A stretch of DNA of 64,000 nucleotides from Planktothrix sp. GU0601_MAG3 (GTDB lineage Bacteria > Cyanobacteriota > Cyanobacteriia > Cyanobacteriales > Microcoleaceae): positions 3,636,578-3,700,577 of the forward strand of contig CP136572.1 in NCBI GenBank assembly GCA_035193785.1, written 5' to 3'. This document shows positions 22,128 to 34,264 of this stretch, piece after piece. Numbering within the stretch: the stretch's first letter is position 1; the number at the start of each line of letters is the position of its first letter. A program made the translations under genes and the position numbers. Below the pieces are notes generated by a model. The model was given only the letters and a program-made list of their open reading frames with translations. It was not told the DNA's origin and did no database searches.

Positions 22128-22850
22128 GTGAAATTACAAGTTTTGGAACATACGATTTTTAAGCTACATCCATTTGCAGCCGAAGCGGTTGCCTATAATG
22201 AAAAAATATCCGTTTATCGTGATACAATATTTGAAATAGAAAGTTATTCCCAAGCAAAAAATAACCATTTACAGGTTAATTTCCTATCTCCTAAACCCAA
22301 AAATATGACAACTTGGTTTGTTCTGGCTAATCAAGTTAAAATATTAGAAACCGATGAAGAATTAACCGCCTCCCGTTCCGTTTCTTCGGCTTCTTTTTCT
22401 GCATCTAATTCAGAATGGATATGGCCGATGACTGGAACTAGCATGGGTTCAAGGGCTGAATTTGGTTATGCGAGGGGGCGACTTCATGCAGGTGTTGATA
22501 TTGGGGGATATACTCCCGATGAATGTTATGCGGCGAGTGATGGAGTGGTTGATTATATTAAAAATGATCCTAGTGGTGCGGAAGGTCGGGCAATTTATAT
22601 TAAACGTTCTAATGGTTGGGAACACGTTTATTTTCATTTACAATCTATTCGGGTTAATGTCGGTGAAACAGTTACTAAAGGTCAATTTATCGGGGTGCGA
22701 GGCGGTTCGGGTTTTGGGTATGAAGGGTTAGAAATTGATGGGGGAGGATATTCTATTCATCTACATTTTGAGGTGCATCAACCCAATGGTGAAAAAATTG
22801 ATCCCCGTTCTATTTTACCCGATGATGGGAGTGTTCCTATTGTGGCTTAA
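22128..22850 (+). CDS. M23-family metallopeptidase
   Basis: HAGVD and HLHFEV zinc motifs. Confidence 0.85.
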   Translation: MKLQVLEHTIFKLHPFAAEAVAYNEKISVYRDTIFEIESYSQAKNNHLQVNFLSPKPKNMTTWFVLANQVKILETDEELTASRSVSSASFSASNSEWIWPMTGTSMGSRAEFGYARGRLHAGVDIGGYTPDECYAASDGVVDYIKNDPSGAEGRAIYIKRSNGWEHVYFHLQSIRVNVGETVTKGQFIGVRGGSGFGYEGLEIDGGGYSIHLHFEVHQPNGEKIDPRSILPDDGSVPIVA

Positions 22851-23269
22851 ACTAAATTTTGAGCTATGAAATCTGATAAAATCTTTCTATGCAGATTCCC
22901 GATTAATCTGACCATTCCTGCTTTTTCCGAATAACATTCTCCAGCTTGAATATCCCCTGGGGTTAATAATCCCATATCCCAGCCTTCATTTAAGACTAAT
23001 TGACTCAAATCAACCGTTAAAGGAGCATAGAAAACAATCCGATTCACCAGAGAATCTGGATAAGATTTGAATTGCACAAACTCAGGAACATTATAACCAA
23101 TTTCTTCCAGTAATTCCCGTTTAAAGCCGTTTTCTGGGGTTTCTCCAGGTTCTAAATGTCCCCCAAATAATCCCCAAACCCCAGGATGAACAATATTAGG
23201 GTTATTATCTCGTAACTGTAATAAAAACTTTCCATCTCGATAAAGAATCCCTATAGCAACTTGAATCAT
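22847..23269 (-). CDS. NUDIX hydrolase
   Basis: GGHLEPGETPENGFKRELLEEIG Nudix box. Confidence 0.9.
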   Translation of the reverse strand: MIQVAIGILYRDGKFLLQLRDNNPNIVHPGVWGLFGGHLEPGETPENGFKRELLEEIGYNVPEFVQFKSYPDSLVNRIVFYAPLTVDLSQLVLNEGWDMGLLTPGDIQAGECYSEKAGMVRLIGNLHRKILSDFIAQNLV

Positions 23270-23333
23270 AAATTATTATTTTTGCTGATTATAGATTAGA
23301 AAGATAAAGATAAAAAAAGATAAAGAAAGATAA

Positions 23334-23363
23334 AGAGAGAGACGCGCCGTGGCTCGTCTCTAC
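23334..23363 (-). repeat. Dispersed REP of the RAYT-array family
   Basis: Minus strand GTAGAGACGAGCCACGGCGCGTCTCTC; its TAG is the stop of ORF 23360..23764. Confidence 0.85.
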
Positions 23364-23764
23364 GTTGATTTACGGTCAATTTCTTTAACATAAATATCTC
23401 CAATATCCTTTCCTTTCATATCTTTAATTAAAATACTTTTATATTCTACTTTCCCTTGAATTAATAGGTCTTGTCCCAGGGGTGGTAAAGGTTGAGTGGT
23501 AAATACCCAAATTGAACCTGTATTATCTTGGAGTTGATAGGCGCCCGCACCTAAAAAGGGGGCATGACTTTTGACCTTACCTCTGAGATAAACTTTAGCA
23601 CCTATTTTCTGTTTTTGTTGTAGCAGTTCAATTTTAGCGGTATTAAAATTAATCCAACTTTCAGAAGGGGAAATACTTTGACAACCGACTAATCCGGTCA
23701 CAAATAGTAATACAATACTAATTTGCCAGGTTTTGGTGAACTTCTGTGGAAATGAAAGGGTCAT
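23360..23764 (-). CDS. Putative lipoprotein with OB-fold
   Basis: Lipobox LVGC; VYLRGKV...YQLQDNTGSIWV. Confidence 0.65.
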   Translation of the reverse strand: MTLSFPQKFTKTWQISIVLLFVTGLVGCQSISPSESWINFNTAKIELLQQKQKIGAKVYLRGKVKSHAPFLGAGAYQLQDNTGSIWVFTTQPLPPLGQDLLIQGKVEYKSILIKDMKGKDIGDIYVKEIDRKST

Positions 23765-23802
23765 GGAGTCGCTGAATATAGTAATTGACGAGAGAACGAA
23801 TT

Positions 23803-24667
23803 ATGGATAATCTATTAGACGGTAAATCTACGGCCAAAAATATTCAAGCCCAACTACAAGAACAGGTGCAGATATGGCAAGCTAAAGTTGGACGTCCGCC
23901 CGGTTTAGCGGTAATTATGGTAGGAGAGAATCCAGCCAGTGCGGTATATGTTCGCAATAAAGAACAGGCCTGTGCTAAGGTCGGAATTACATCTTTTGGT
24001 CAACATTTCCCCGCCGAAACTAGCCAAGAAAAACTTACCAGTATTATCCATGAACTGAACAAAAATGAACAAGTAGATGGAATTTTAGTTTCAGTTACCC
24101 CTTCCTGCTCATCTGGACTCCGTTGGGTTACTATATGAAATTGATCCTAAGAAAGATGCTGATGGTTTGCACCCGGAAAATTTAGGACGGTTAGCTAGGG
24201 GGGAAAAGGGGTTAAGAAGTTGTACCCCCGCCGGAGTTATGCGACTATTTGAGGAATATAATATTGAGCTAAAAGGAAAACACGCCGTTGTTTTAGGTCG
24301 TAGTATTTTAGTCGGAAAACCCATGGCTTTGATGCTATTAGAAGCCGATTGTACCGTAACTATTGCCCATTCTAAAACCCACGATTTAGCTAAAGTTAGC
24401 CGGGATGCGGATATTGTAGTCGCGGCTATCGGACGTCCGCAAATGATTACGGCGGATTTTATTAAACCTGGCGCCATTGTGATTGATGTCGGAATTAATA
24501 AAATTACTGGTGATAATGGTAAACCTCGCCTAGTTGGGGATGTGGATTTCGAGAGTGTTCAACCCATCGCCCAATATATTACCCCAGTTCCTGGCGGTAT
24601 TGGGCCGATGACCGTGGCGATGTTATTGCAAAACACCTTCTGGAGTTATTTGGAAAAGGTGCAGTAA
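23803..24667 (+). CDS. folD: Methylenetetrahydrofolate dehydrogenase/cyclohydrolase; +1 insertion at 24088-24092
   Basis: YVRNK, GILVQLP (repaired), [16 protein letters not shown]. Confidence 0.95.
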
Positions 24668-24852
24668 TTCAGTTATCAGTTATCAGTCACCAGTTATCAG
24701 TTAAGAGAAAATCTAAGTAAGGGCGGGGTTTTAGACCCATTTCTTTGATAAAATGGTGGGGTTAAAATTCGGCTCCCGCGATGAAGGGAAAAATTAAGTC
24801 CCCAGGAGTCAACTTTTGTTAACATTACCCCTATTATAAACAAGCACTCGTC

Positions 24853-25779
24853 ATGGTATTGGTAAGCGAAATTAACCCACCGTTGGAAAACCCTCAGTTT
24901 GACTTATCTGCCTATCTGACCCAACGACAGACCCTAGTAGAACAGGCTTTAGATGAGTCTCTCCCCCTAATCTATCCCGAAAAAATCTATGAGTCAATGC
25001 GCTATTCTCTGCTGGCCGGAGGAAAGCGTTTACGACCGATTTTGTGTTTGGCGACCTGTGAGTTAGTCGGTGGGACTGTAGAGATGGCTATGCCCACCGC
25101 TTGCGCCCTGGAAATGATTCACACCATGTCCTTAATTCACGATGACCTCCCGGCCATGGATAATGATGATTACCGTCGGGGAAAACTGACCAATCATAAG
25201 GTTTATGGGGAGGATATTGCGATTTTGGCCGGGGATGGTTTATTGAGTTATGCCTTTGAATTTGTGGCGACTAAAACCCCTAATGTGCCTGCAAATCAAG
25301 TTTTACAGGTAATTGCCCGTTTAGGTCGGGCGGTGGGGGCTGCTGGCTTAGTGGGGGGCCAGGTGGTGGATTTAGATTCGGAGGGACTCACGGATGTTTC
25401 CGAAGAAACCCTAACTTTTATTCATACCCATAAAACCGGGGCATTATTAGAAGCCTGTGTGGTCTGTGGGGCGATTTTAGCCGGGGCGAAGGAAACAGAA
25501 ATTGAGGGATTATCTCGCTATGCGCGTAATATTGGTTTGGCGTTTCAGATTGTGGATGATATTCTCGATATTACGGCAACCCAGGAGGAGTTAGGAAAAA
25601 CCGCAGGTAAGGATTTAACGGCTAAAAAAGTCACCTATCCCAGTTTATGGGGCATAGATGAATCGCGACGTCAGGCCCAACAGTTAATTGAAGTGGCAAA
25701 AGCCGAATTATCTGACTATGGAGACCGGGCTATTCCTTTGTTAGCGATCGCCGACTTTATCACTAATCGCACTCACTAA
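24853..25779 (+). CDS. crtE: Geranylgeranyl diphosphate synthase
   Basis: [23 protein letters not shown]. Confidence 0.93.
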   Translation: MVLVSEINPPLENPQFDLSAYLTQRQTLVEQALDESLPLIYPEKIYESMRYSLLAGGKRLRPILCLATCELVGGTVEMAMPTACALEMIHTMSLIHDDLPAMDNDDYRRGKLTNHKVYGEDIAILAGDGLLSYAFEFVATKTPNVPANQVLQVIARLGRAVGAAGLVGGQVVDLDSEGLTDVSEETLTFIHTHKTGALLEACVVCGAILAGAKETEIEGLSRYARNIGLAFQIVDDILDITATQEELGKTAGKDLTAKKVTYPSLWGIDESRRQAQQLIEVAKAELSDYGDRAIPLLAIADFITNRTH

Positions 25780-25798
25780 AGTTATTGATTTCTATTAT

Positions 25799-26281
25799 AT
25801 GCAAGATTTTTCTCAAATCCTGAATAACCAAGTGTTATGGGTTGCCCTGTTAGCCTGTATTCTGGCTCAACTGTCTAAATTAGCGGTGGAGCTAGTCCAA
25901 AATGGCAAAATTAATCTGCGGGTGTTGGTGACAACCGGGGGGATGCCCAGTTCCCATTCTGCCTTTGTGGGAGCTTTAGCAACGGGAGTGGGCAAAACCA
26001 TGGGGTGGGGAAGTCCTGATTTTGCCATTGCTGTTGTTTTCGCGATTATTGTGATGTACGATGCGGCTGGAGTCCGTCAAGCAGCAGGAAAACAAGCCCG
26101 CATTTTAAATCAAATTATTGATGAAGTCTTTGAAGAAAATAAACAATTAAGCGAAGAAAGATTAATTGAATTATTAGGTCATACCCCCTTTCAAGTGATT
26201 GTTGGTTTAGGATTAGGGATTGCGATTGCTTCGATTGCCGAAATAACTTGGCCCCTACATTTTCTGCCAGCGTCTCTGTAG
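25799..26281 (+). CDS. Divergent PAP2-family (DUF212) protein
   Basis: GGMPSSHSA, YDAAGVR, GHTP. Confidence 0.88.
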   Translation: MQDFSQILNNQVLWVALLACILAQLSKLAVELVQNGKINLRVLVTTGGMPSSHSAFVGALATGVGKTMGWGSPDFAIAVVFAIIVMYDAAGVRQAAGKQARILNQIIDEVFEENKQLSEERLIELLGHTPFQVIVGLGLGIAIASIAEITWPLHFLPASL

Positions 26282-26372
26282 AAACGTTGTTATGTAACTT
26301 TTATAGGCATTATCAATCTTTATCTTTACTGTTCCCTATTCCCTATTCCCCATTCCCTACTATATCTTTAAT

Positions 26373-27122
26373 CTAAGGTTTAACCGTAGGACTAATAACT
26401 GTCACACGGTTACTATCAACCAACATCGACCAAAATCCACGACTACTTAACTTCTTTAAAGTTGCTGTTGCTCGTTCGGAATCCGTCGTATATTCTACTA
26501 ATAAATAGGGTCGCTGACCATAGGAAACTAAACCCACATTTTCACCAACTAGGGTTCTTAACTTTTGGACTAATTCCGGCTGGTTCAAATAATCCACTAA
26601 AACTGCATAACCCGACCCCAATGCCTGAGAATTAGGTGCTAAATCTAGCTTAGGGGTTGGCGGAGTTTCTCGAACAATCGGAGTCTGGCCAAGACCAGAA
26701 TTCGGACTCGGACGGGGTATGGCCGTGACCTCCTGTTTCACCACATAGGCGGGCAACTTCACCTTATCCTGTAGATAGGTGGCCCAATCCTCGGCAATTA
26801 AAGGATCACTAAATCCTCCCACCCGGGTAACTAAATTCGTCAAATAGCGACAAACCTCACTATTGATGTCATTGGGTAACGTGCGCTGCACCAATTTTTG
26901 TTCCTCTGAAGTGTTACTGACAATCAATAACAAATATTCTCCAGGCTTTGGTGCTGCACACGTTTCCTGGGCTAAACTGGTTTGGACTGCTAAACCCCAA
27001 CTGGTGGCCGTGAGCAGACTAGAAACCCAGATAGCAGATAACCTTTTGACACCACTTTGACGCATAAACACCGCAGTTGACAACAATGAAGCAACAGCTT
27101 TCATTGTACTGATCTGGGTCAA
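26373..27122 (-). CDS. Hypothetical exported protein
   Basis: Signal-peptide-like N-terminus and two similar small domains. Confidence 0.65.
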   Translation of the reverse strand: MTQISTMKAVASLLSTAVFMRQSGVKRLSAIWVSSLLTATSWGLAVQTSLAQETCAAPKPGEYLLLIVSNTSEEQKLVQRTLPNDINSEVCRYLTNLVTRVGGFSDPLIAEDWATYLQDKVKLPAYVVKQEVTAIPRPSPNSGLGQTPIVRETPPTPKLDLAPNSQALGSGYAVLVDYLNQPELVQKLRTLVGENVGLVSYGQRPYLLVEYTTDSERATATLKKLSSRGFWSMLVDSNRVTVISPTVKP

Positions 27123-27139
27123 CTATTGGATCGGGATTT

Positions 27140-27470
27140 TCAAGTAGCCGTTGCTAAAGACTTTAAAGCATCGGGAATACTAGGGGTCGGGGCTTGAAAT
27201 TCTCCCTGGAATACATACTCTAAACGCAATTTCAACCAGACCACCACTTGTTTATTCGTGGAAATAATTGCCACCGCCGGTTGAGGACATTTGGCTTTAA
27301 TATCAGCCATTTCAGGAGCTTCTAAAAAAGCCGGTTGCCGCACTAACCAAAAATCGATTTCCTTTTCCTGTTCCCGATAGTTGCGTTCGCGTTCCCGCAA
27401 TACTTCTTCTAAGGGTTTCTTCCTCAAGTAAAAACTTGTGACTGCCTAAAACGTAGTAATAAGTCTGCAT
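27140..27470 (-). CDS. ycf54: MgPME cyclase auxiliary protein Ycf54; +1 insertion at 27415-27419
   Basis: Repaired N-terminus MQTYYYVLGSHKFLLEEEPLEEVLRER; WLKLRLEYV. Confidence 0.9.
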
Positions 27471-27510
27471 GGTTAATCGTTGTAAATACTATCAGGGGAC
27501 GATATTCGGG

Positions 27511-28230
27511 TTAAAGTTGCCCAAAAATCGCTTGTTTCATTTCTCGGACGGCTCGCTCTAAGCCGACGAGAACTGCCCGACTTATTATTGTATGACCAAT
27601 GTTGAGTTCTTCCATCCCTTCCAGGGCGGCAACGGGATAAACATTCCAATAGGTTAACCCATGTCCGGCATTTACCCGCAGTCCCGCTTCTAAGGCCCGT
27701 TGACATCCCTCGGCCAAAATCCCCAGTTCCCTAGCCTGGTCTTCCCCTTTGGCTTCCGCGTAGCATCCCGTATGCAGTTCAATGAATTTAGCCCCCACTT
27801 GGGCCGAGGCTGCAATTTGTTGGGGGTTGGCATCAATAAACAAACTCACCGGAATTCCGGCCCCCTGTAGGGTGTTAACCACATCCATCATCCGAGGGAT
27901 TTGTCCGGCGATATCTAACCCCCCTTCGGTGGTGACTTCTTCCCGACGTTCCGGGACGAGGGTTATATAGTCGGGCTTGATGTCCAATGCGATCGCCACC
28001 ATTTCATCCGTCGCGGCCATTTCCAAATTCAGATGGGTTCTCACCGTTTGGCGCAATAGCCGCACATCCCGATCTTGAATATGGCGTCGATCTTCGCGCA
28101 AATGCACCGTAATCCCATCCGCCCCCGCTAATTCCGCCAGCACGGCCCCCGCTACGGGATCGGGCTCCACGGTACGACGGGCTTGGCGAATCGTGGCTAT
28201 ATGGTCGATATTGACTCCCAGTGTCGGCAA
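27511..28230 (-). CDS. pdxJ: Pyridoxine 5'-phosphate synthase
   Basis: [27 protein letters not shown] start at 28230 with AAGGAG RBS. Confidence 0.95.
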   Translation of the reverse strand: MPTLGVNIDHIATIRQARRTVEPDPVAGAVLAELAGADGITVHLREDRRHIQDRDVRLLRQTVRTHLNLEMAATDEMVAIALDIKPDYITLVPERREEVTTEGGLDIAGQIPRMMDVVNTLQGAGIPVSLFIDANPQQIAASAQVGAKFIELHTGCYAEAKGEDQARELGILAEGCQRALEAGLRVNAGHGLTYWNVYPVAALEGMEELNIGHTIISRAVLVGLERAVREMKQAIFGQL

Positions 28231-28535
28231 TTTTTGTCCCTCCTTGTATCCATACCGTCCTTCACCTTGCCAAATAATTCCACTGCGGTCAAGCTTAGGC
28301 ATTTGTAATACACTTGAAGTTAATTTGTAATTCAATATTTGACAAAACTAGACGGTACAGTCTATTATTGTTCTATAACTAGACTATACTGTTTAGTTAA
28401 TAAGATTGAGAGCGCACTTATGGATATTATTTCTTTAGTCGTAATTTTAGGTGTAATTGTCGCATCGGATGAGATTATTAACAATCAATTAAAAGTCTCA
28501 AAACGCCTATTAGATTGGTTAGATCGGCACTAGAG

Positions 28536-28608
28536 AATGGGTAATGGGTAATGGGTAATGGGTAATGGGTAATGGGTAATGGGTTTTGGGTAATGGGTTT
28601 TGGGTAAT
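28536..28608 (+). repeat. STRR (AATGGGT)n with variant units
   Basis: Tandem heptamers. Confidence 0.9.
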
Positions 28609-28692
28609 GAACTGATTAATGTTAATTTTTGGTTCCTTTGATCGTAGAATTAAGTTTGGGAACCGAATTTTAACCATTGTGTAACCTTGAAT

Positions 28693-29929
28693 ATGTCTTA
28701 TTATGTTTCGCCTCGTTTTCTCGACAAACTAGCAGTTCATATCACCAAAAATTTCTTACAATTGCCCGGGGTACGAGTTCCTTTGATATTAGGAATTCAT
28801 GGACGCAAGGGAGAGGGAAAAACCTTTCAATGTGAATTGGTATTTGAGAAAATGGGGTTTGAACCCGTGATGATCTCCGGTGGCGAATTAGAAAGTCCCG
28901 ATGCAGGAGATCCGGCGCGATTAATTAGATTACGCTATCGGGAAGCCGCGGAACAAGTGAAAGTTCGGGGGCAAATGTGCGCCTTATTTATTAATGATTT
29001 AGATGCCGGGGCGGGACGGTTTGATTCAGGAACCCAATATACCGTTAATACTCAATTAGTCAACGCTACATTAATGAATATAGCGGATAATCCCACCAAC
29101 GTACAATTACCCGGAAGTTATGATGCAACCCCCTTAAATCGGATTCCAATTATCGTTACAGGCAATGATTTTTCCACCCTATATGCTCCTTTAATTCGGG
29201 ACGGACGGATGGAAAAATTTTATTGGGAAACCGACTAGAGAAGAACGCATTGGGGTGTTGCGCGGGATTTTCCCCACGGGGGAACTATCCCAACAGGATA
29301 TTACGGAATTAGTTGATACTTTTCCTGAACAATCCCTAGACTTTTTTAGTGCGGTGCGATCGCGGATTTATGATGAACAAATTCGCGATTTTATTCATAA
29401 ATTAGGAGTAGAAAGTATTTCTAAACGAATTGTTAATAGTGCGGAAAAACCTCCCGAATTTCAGAATCCCAATTTCAAATTACCCCATTTAATTGAAATG
29501 GGTAAATTGATGGTAGGAGAACAAAAACGCATTCAAGATATGCGATTAGTGGAAGAATATAATCAATTTCGGACATTTAATAGTCAATTTGGAGCCGCCA
29601 CAATCCCGGTAAATGCTGAAAATCCCCTGGGTTTTCCGAGTCCGGTTGAACCGAATAGCCAGGGGAGTAAATTACCCATTGAAGTGCTAGAAAAAATCGA
29701 TTATATTTTATCCAGTGGCTATCGGGTTAGCCTAGAATCTGCTGATCAACGTCGATTCAAAACCGGGTCATGGAATAGTTGTGGGTTAAATAGTAATGAA
29801 TCAAAAGCCACTATTATTCAAGGAATTGAAGCCTGTTTAAGCGAACATCCCCAGGATTATATTCGTTTATTAGGAATTGATCCCATTGCCAAGCGGCGAG
29901 TCATCGAAATAATCATTCAGAAACCCTAA
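28693..29929 (+). CDS. rca: Rubisco activase-like AAA+ protein with C-terminal RbcS-like domain; +1 insertion at 29227-29231
   Basis: GRKGEGKT, FINDLDAG, APLIRDGRMEKFYWEP (repaired); C-terminal RRFKTGSW...YIRLLGIDP. Confidence 0.9.
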
Positions 29930-30097
29930 TCAGAGAAGGTTTGTAGCCAAAAGTCAAGGATTTTGTGTTATACAACCAATTTGAAATTGTTATATAATAT
30001 AGGAATCCTTTTAAATCCGTGATCCCCATTACCCATTCGTAATTCGTAATTCGTAATTCGTAATTACCCATTAGCAGTCAACCTTTAACCAAATACA

Positions 30098-32001
30098 ATG
30101 AGTGTAAAAGACAAACCTAAATTTCCCCGTAATCTTCCCATCGGAAGTATTTTATTTTGGTTAGGAATTATCTTTTTAATTGCCAACCTCACCTTACCCG
30201 GATTATTCGGGCCACAAATTCCCCAGGTTTCCCTATAGTTTATTTATTGAACAAGTTGAAGATGGACAGGTTTCCCAAGTTTATCTCAGCCAAGATCAAA
30301 TCCGCTATTTAGTCAAAGGAGAACAGGAAGAAGCCGGACAAATCCTATCAACTACCCCAATTTTTGATATGGATTTACCCAAACGTTTAGAAGCCAAGGG
30401 AGTTGAATTTGCCGCCGCTCCTCCCCCTCGCAATACTTGGTTTTCCAGTTTACTTGGTTGGGTGATTCCCCCCTTAATTTTTGTTGGAATTTGGGTGGCT
30501 GTCGGACAATTTATGCAGAGTCGCGGGGGCGGAGGTTTTGGCGGCCCACAGGGAGCACTTTCTATTAGTAAGAGTAAAGCCAAGGTTTATGTCGAGAATG
30601 AAGCTACCAAAGTCAGCTTTCAAGATGTAGCCGGGGTAGAAGAAGCCAAAACCGAATTAGAAGAAGTGGTGGAATTCTTAAAGACTCCCGAACGATTTTT
30701 AAAAATCGGAGCCCGGATTCCTAAAGGAGTGTTATTAGTCGGCCCCCCAGGAACAGGAAAAACCCTATTAGCCAAAGCCGTAGCCGGAGAAGCCGGGGTT
30801 CCATTCTTTAGCATTTCTGGTTCAGAATTCGTGGAATTGTTTGTTGGTGCCGGGGCGGCGCGGGTGCGAGATTTATTTGAACAAGCCAAAAAGAAAGCCC
30901 CCTGTATCATCTTTATTGACGAATTAGATGCCATTGGAAAATCCCGTTCTAGTGGGGGAATGTATGGGGGAAATGATGAACGAGAACAAACCCTCAACCA
31001 GTTATTAACCGAGATGGATGGGTTTGCCGCCGGACAAGCCACGGTGATCGTTTTAGCTGCTACCAACCGCCCGGAAACCTTAGACCCGGCGTTACTGCGT
31101 CCCGGTCGATTTGATCGCCAAGTTTTAGTTGATCGTCCCGACTTATCTGGTCGTTTAATGATCCTAGAAATCTATGCTAAAAAAGTTAAAATTGGGCCCG
31201 ATGTCGAGTTAAAAGCGATCGCCACTCGTACCCCAGGTTTTGCGGGCGCAGATTTAGCGAATTTAGTTAATGAAGCGGCCTTATTAGCTGCTAGAAATAA
31301 ACGGGAAACCGTCAGTCAAGCCGACTTTGCTGAAGCCATTGAACGGGTGATTGCTGGATTAGAAAAAAAATCCCGAGTTTCTTAACGAAAAAGAGAAGAA
31401 AATTGTCGCCTATCATGAAGTTGGTCATGCCATTGTGGGAGCGGCGGTTTCCGGTCAAAATAAAATCGCTAAAATCTCCATTGTGCCGCGGGGAATGGCA
31501 GCATTAGGATATACTTTACAACTGCCCACCGAAGACCGTTTCTTACTCAGTGAAGAAGAAATCAAAGCCGAAATTGCCATCCTATTAGGGGGACGTTCGG
31601 CCGAGGAAGTGGTGTTTGGAAGTATTACTACAGGCGCAACAAATGACCTACAACGGGCAACGGATTTAGCTGAACGCATGGTCACCAGTTATGGGATGAG
31701 TAAAGTATTGGGGCCCTTAGCCTATGAAAAGGGACAACAAAATACCTTTCTCGGCGATAATATGATGATCAATCCTCGCCGTTATGTCAGTGATGAAACC
31801 GCAAAAGCCATTGATGATGAGGTAAAACAATTAGTTGAAACTGCCCATGAAACTGCCCTAGATATCCTAAATCAAAATCAAGATTTAATGGAGAAAATTG
31901 CCCAACAAATCTTAGAAACAGAAGTGATTGAAGGGGAAAATCTGCAACACTTGTTAAATCAAGTTAAATATGAGGGCAAAATTCCCGCCACCATCGGATA
32001 A
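30098..32001 (+). CDS. ftsH: FtsH protease (copy 1); +1 insertions at 30227-30231 and 31377-31381
   Basis: Two TM segments, [19 protein letters not shown]; three reading-frame pieces join. Confidence 0.93.
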
Positions 32002-32238
32002 TTGATCTATTACCCTCTCATTCCCTGGGTCTACCAGGGAATGACCATCGCAGGTTCTGCCCCTAAAAAAACTATCCTAAATTATAGGAAAAAATCCTTA
32101 ACCCTATAGGGAAAAGAGGGGCAGAGCTACCAAAACAGCATTTATAGGTAGAACCTAGAAACAATAAAAAACCTAGAAACGAGGTTAACCTAGAAACGAG
32201 AAAATAAAAGTAATCAGAGCCAACCAAAACAAAATTTT

Positions 32239-34091
32239 ATGAGTATTAAAAAAAGGCCTAAATTACCCAGTTCCCAAAAAGTTACCCAAATTTTATTAAT
32301 CTCCGCCGGAGTAATCTTAATCGGAAATTGGTTGTTTCCTCAACTGACTCGCCCCCGTTTTCCCAAAGTTCCCTATAGTTTTTTTATCCAACAAATTGAA
32401 GATGGTAAAGTCTCAAAAGTTTTAGTCGGAGAAAACGAAATTCTTTACCAAATTAAAGCACAAAATGAACAACCGGAAAGAATTTTATCCACAACCCCAA
32501 TTTTTGATTTAGAAACTGCCCAAACGTTTAGAAACTCGAGGAATTGAATTCGCCGCCTCTCCCCCTCCCAAACAAAGTTGGGTGAATGTAATCTTAAATT
32601 GGGTAATTCCGCCTTTGATTTTAGTGGTGGCGTTTCAATATTTTATGAAACGAGATCCCCAAGGGGCCTTATCTATTAATAAAAGTAAAGCCAAGGTTTT
32701 TGTTAAAGGTGAAACCGATAATATTACCTTTGCAGATGTGGCGGGAGTCGATGAAGCCAAAATCGAATTAGCGGAAATTGTTGATTTCCTGAAAAGTCCC
32801 CAAAGATTCACCGAAATTGGGGCGAAAATTCCCAAAGGCGTGCTATTAGTTGGCCCCCCAGGAACGGGAAAAACCCTATTAGGAAAAGCCGTAGCTGGAG
32901 AGGCGGGAGTTCCCTTTTTTAGTATATCGGGTTCGGAGTTTATTGAGCTATTTGTGGGAACCGGAGCCGCCCGGGTGCGAGATTTATTTGAACAGGCTAA
33001 AAAGAAAGCTCCCTGTATTATTTTTATTGATGAATTAGATGCTATTGGTAAGTCCAGAAGTAGCGGAAGTTTCCAAAGTGGCAGTAACGATGAACGAGAA
33101 CAAACCCTAAATCAATTATTAACTGAAATGGATGGGTTTGGGGTAGGAGATGCGACGGTAATTGTATTAGCCGCCACCAACCGCCCCGAAGCTTTAGACG
33201 CGGCATTATTACGCCCCGGAAGGTTTGATAGACAGGTATTAGTCGATAGACCCGATTTGGCTGGACGCAAAGCGGTTTTAGAAATTTATGCTAAAAAAGT
33301 TAAATTAGAAATGGATGTTGATTTACACACCATTGCCACCAGAACTCCCGGTTTTGGCGGGGCAGAATTAGCGAATTTAGTCAATGAAGCTGCCCTCTTA
33401 GCCGCTAGAAACCAACGTAAATTGGTTAAACAAGAGGATTTTTATGAAGCCATTGAAAGGGTGGTTGCCGGGTTAGAAAAACGCAGTCGCGTGTTAAACG
33501 AAAAAGAGAAGAAAATTGTCGCCTATCATGAAGTTGGTCATGCCATTGTCGGGGCGTTAATGCCGGGGGGCGGAAAGGTTACTAAAATTTCCATTGTGCC
33601 CAGGGGAATGTCGGCGTTAGGTTATACTTTAAGAATGCCAACGGAAGACCGTTTTTTAATGGATGAAATCGAATTTAGCGAACAAATTGCCATGCTATTA
33701 GGCGGACGGTCTGCTGAAGAAATAGTCTTTGGAAATGTTACCAATGGTGCCTCCGATGACCTACAACGGGCAACGGAATTAGCCGAAAGAATGGTACTTA
33801 ATTATGGCATGAGCAAAGCCTTGGGGCCCCTAGCCTATGAAAAAGCCAAAGTGAATAATTTTTTAGGCAATTCAGACGCAAATATTCGCCGTCCCATGAG
33901 TGAAAAAACCGCCGAAGCCATTGATGATGAAGTTAAGGATATTGTTAATAATGCCCATGAAAAAGCTTTAGAGATTTTGAATTATAACCGAGACTTATTA
34001 ACAGAAATTGCTCAAAAAGTATTAGAAACAGAAGTCATAGAAGGGGATGAATTACAACAGTTATTAGATCGGGTTTCAACCCGTATCTTGA
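32239..34091 (+). CDS. ftsH: FtsH protease (copy 2); +1 insertion at 32512-32516 and probably 34073-34077
   Basis: Same motifs; repaired ...[16 protein letters not shown]... and ...LLDRVQPVS*. Confidence 0.92.
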
Positions 34092-34264
34092 TAAGAATGC
34101 GATCGCTTAACTTTAGAGCAAAAAATCACGTCAAGTACCTGTTCATAAGTCAAGAGACAAGTGAACGGAAAAATATCTAATAAGTCTGTATTAATTCTAA
34201 ATAGAATAGCTTAAAATTTATTGACAGCCTCCCAAAAGTATGTCAAGGAAAGTCACGTTTATTA

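Noticed and set aside
28339..28533. Small + strand ORF (possible ~37-aa product from ATG 28420)
   Set aside because: Hydrophobic and plausible, but no recognisable family; too weak to call
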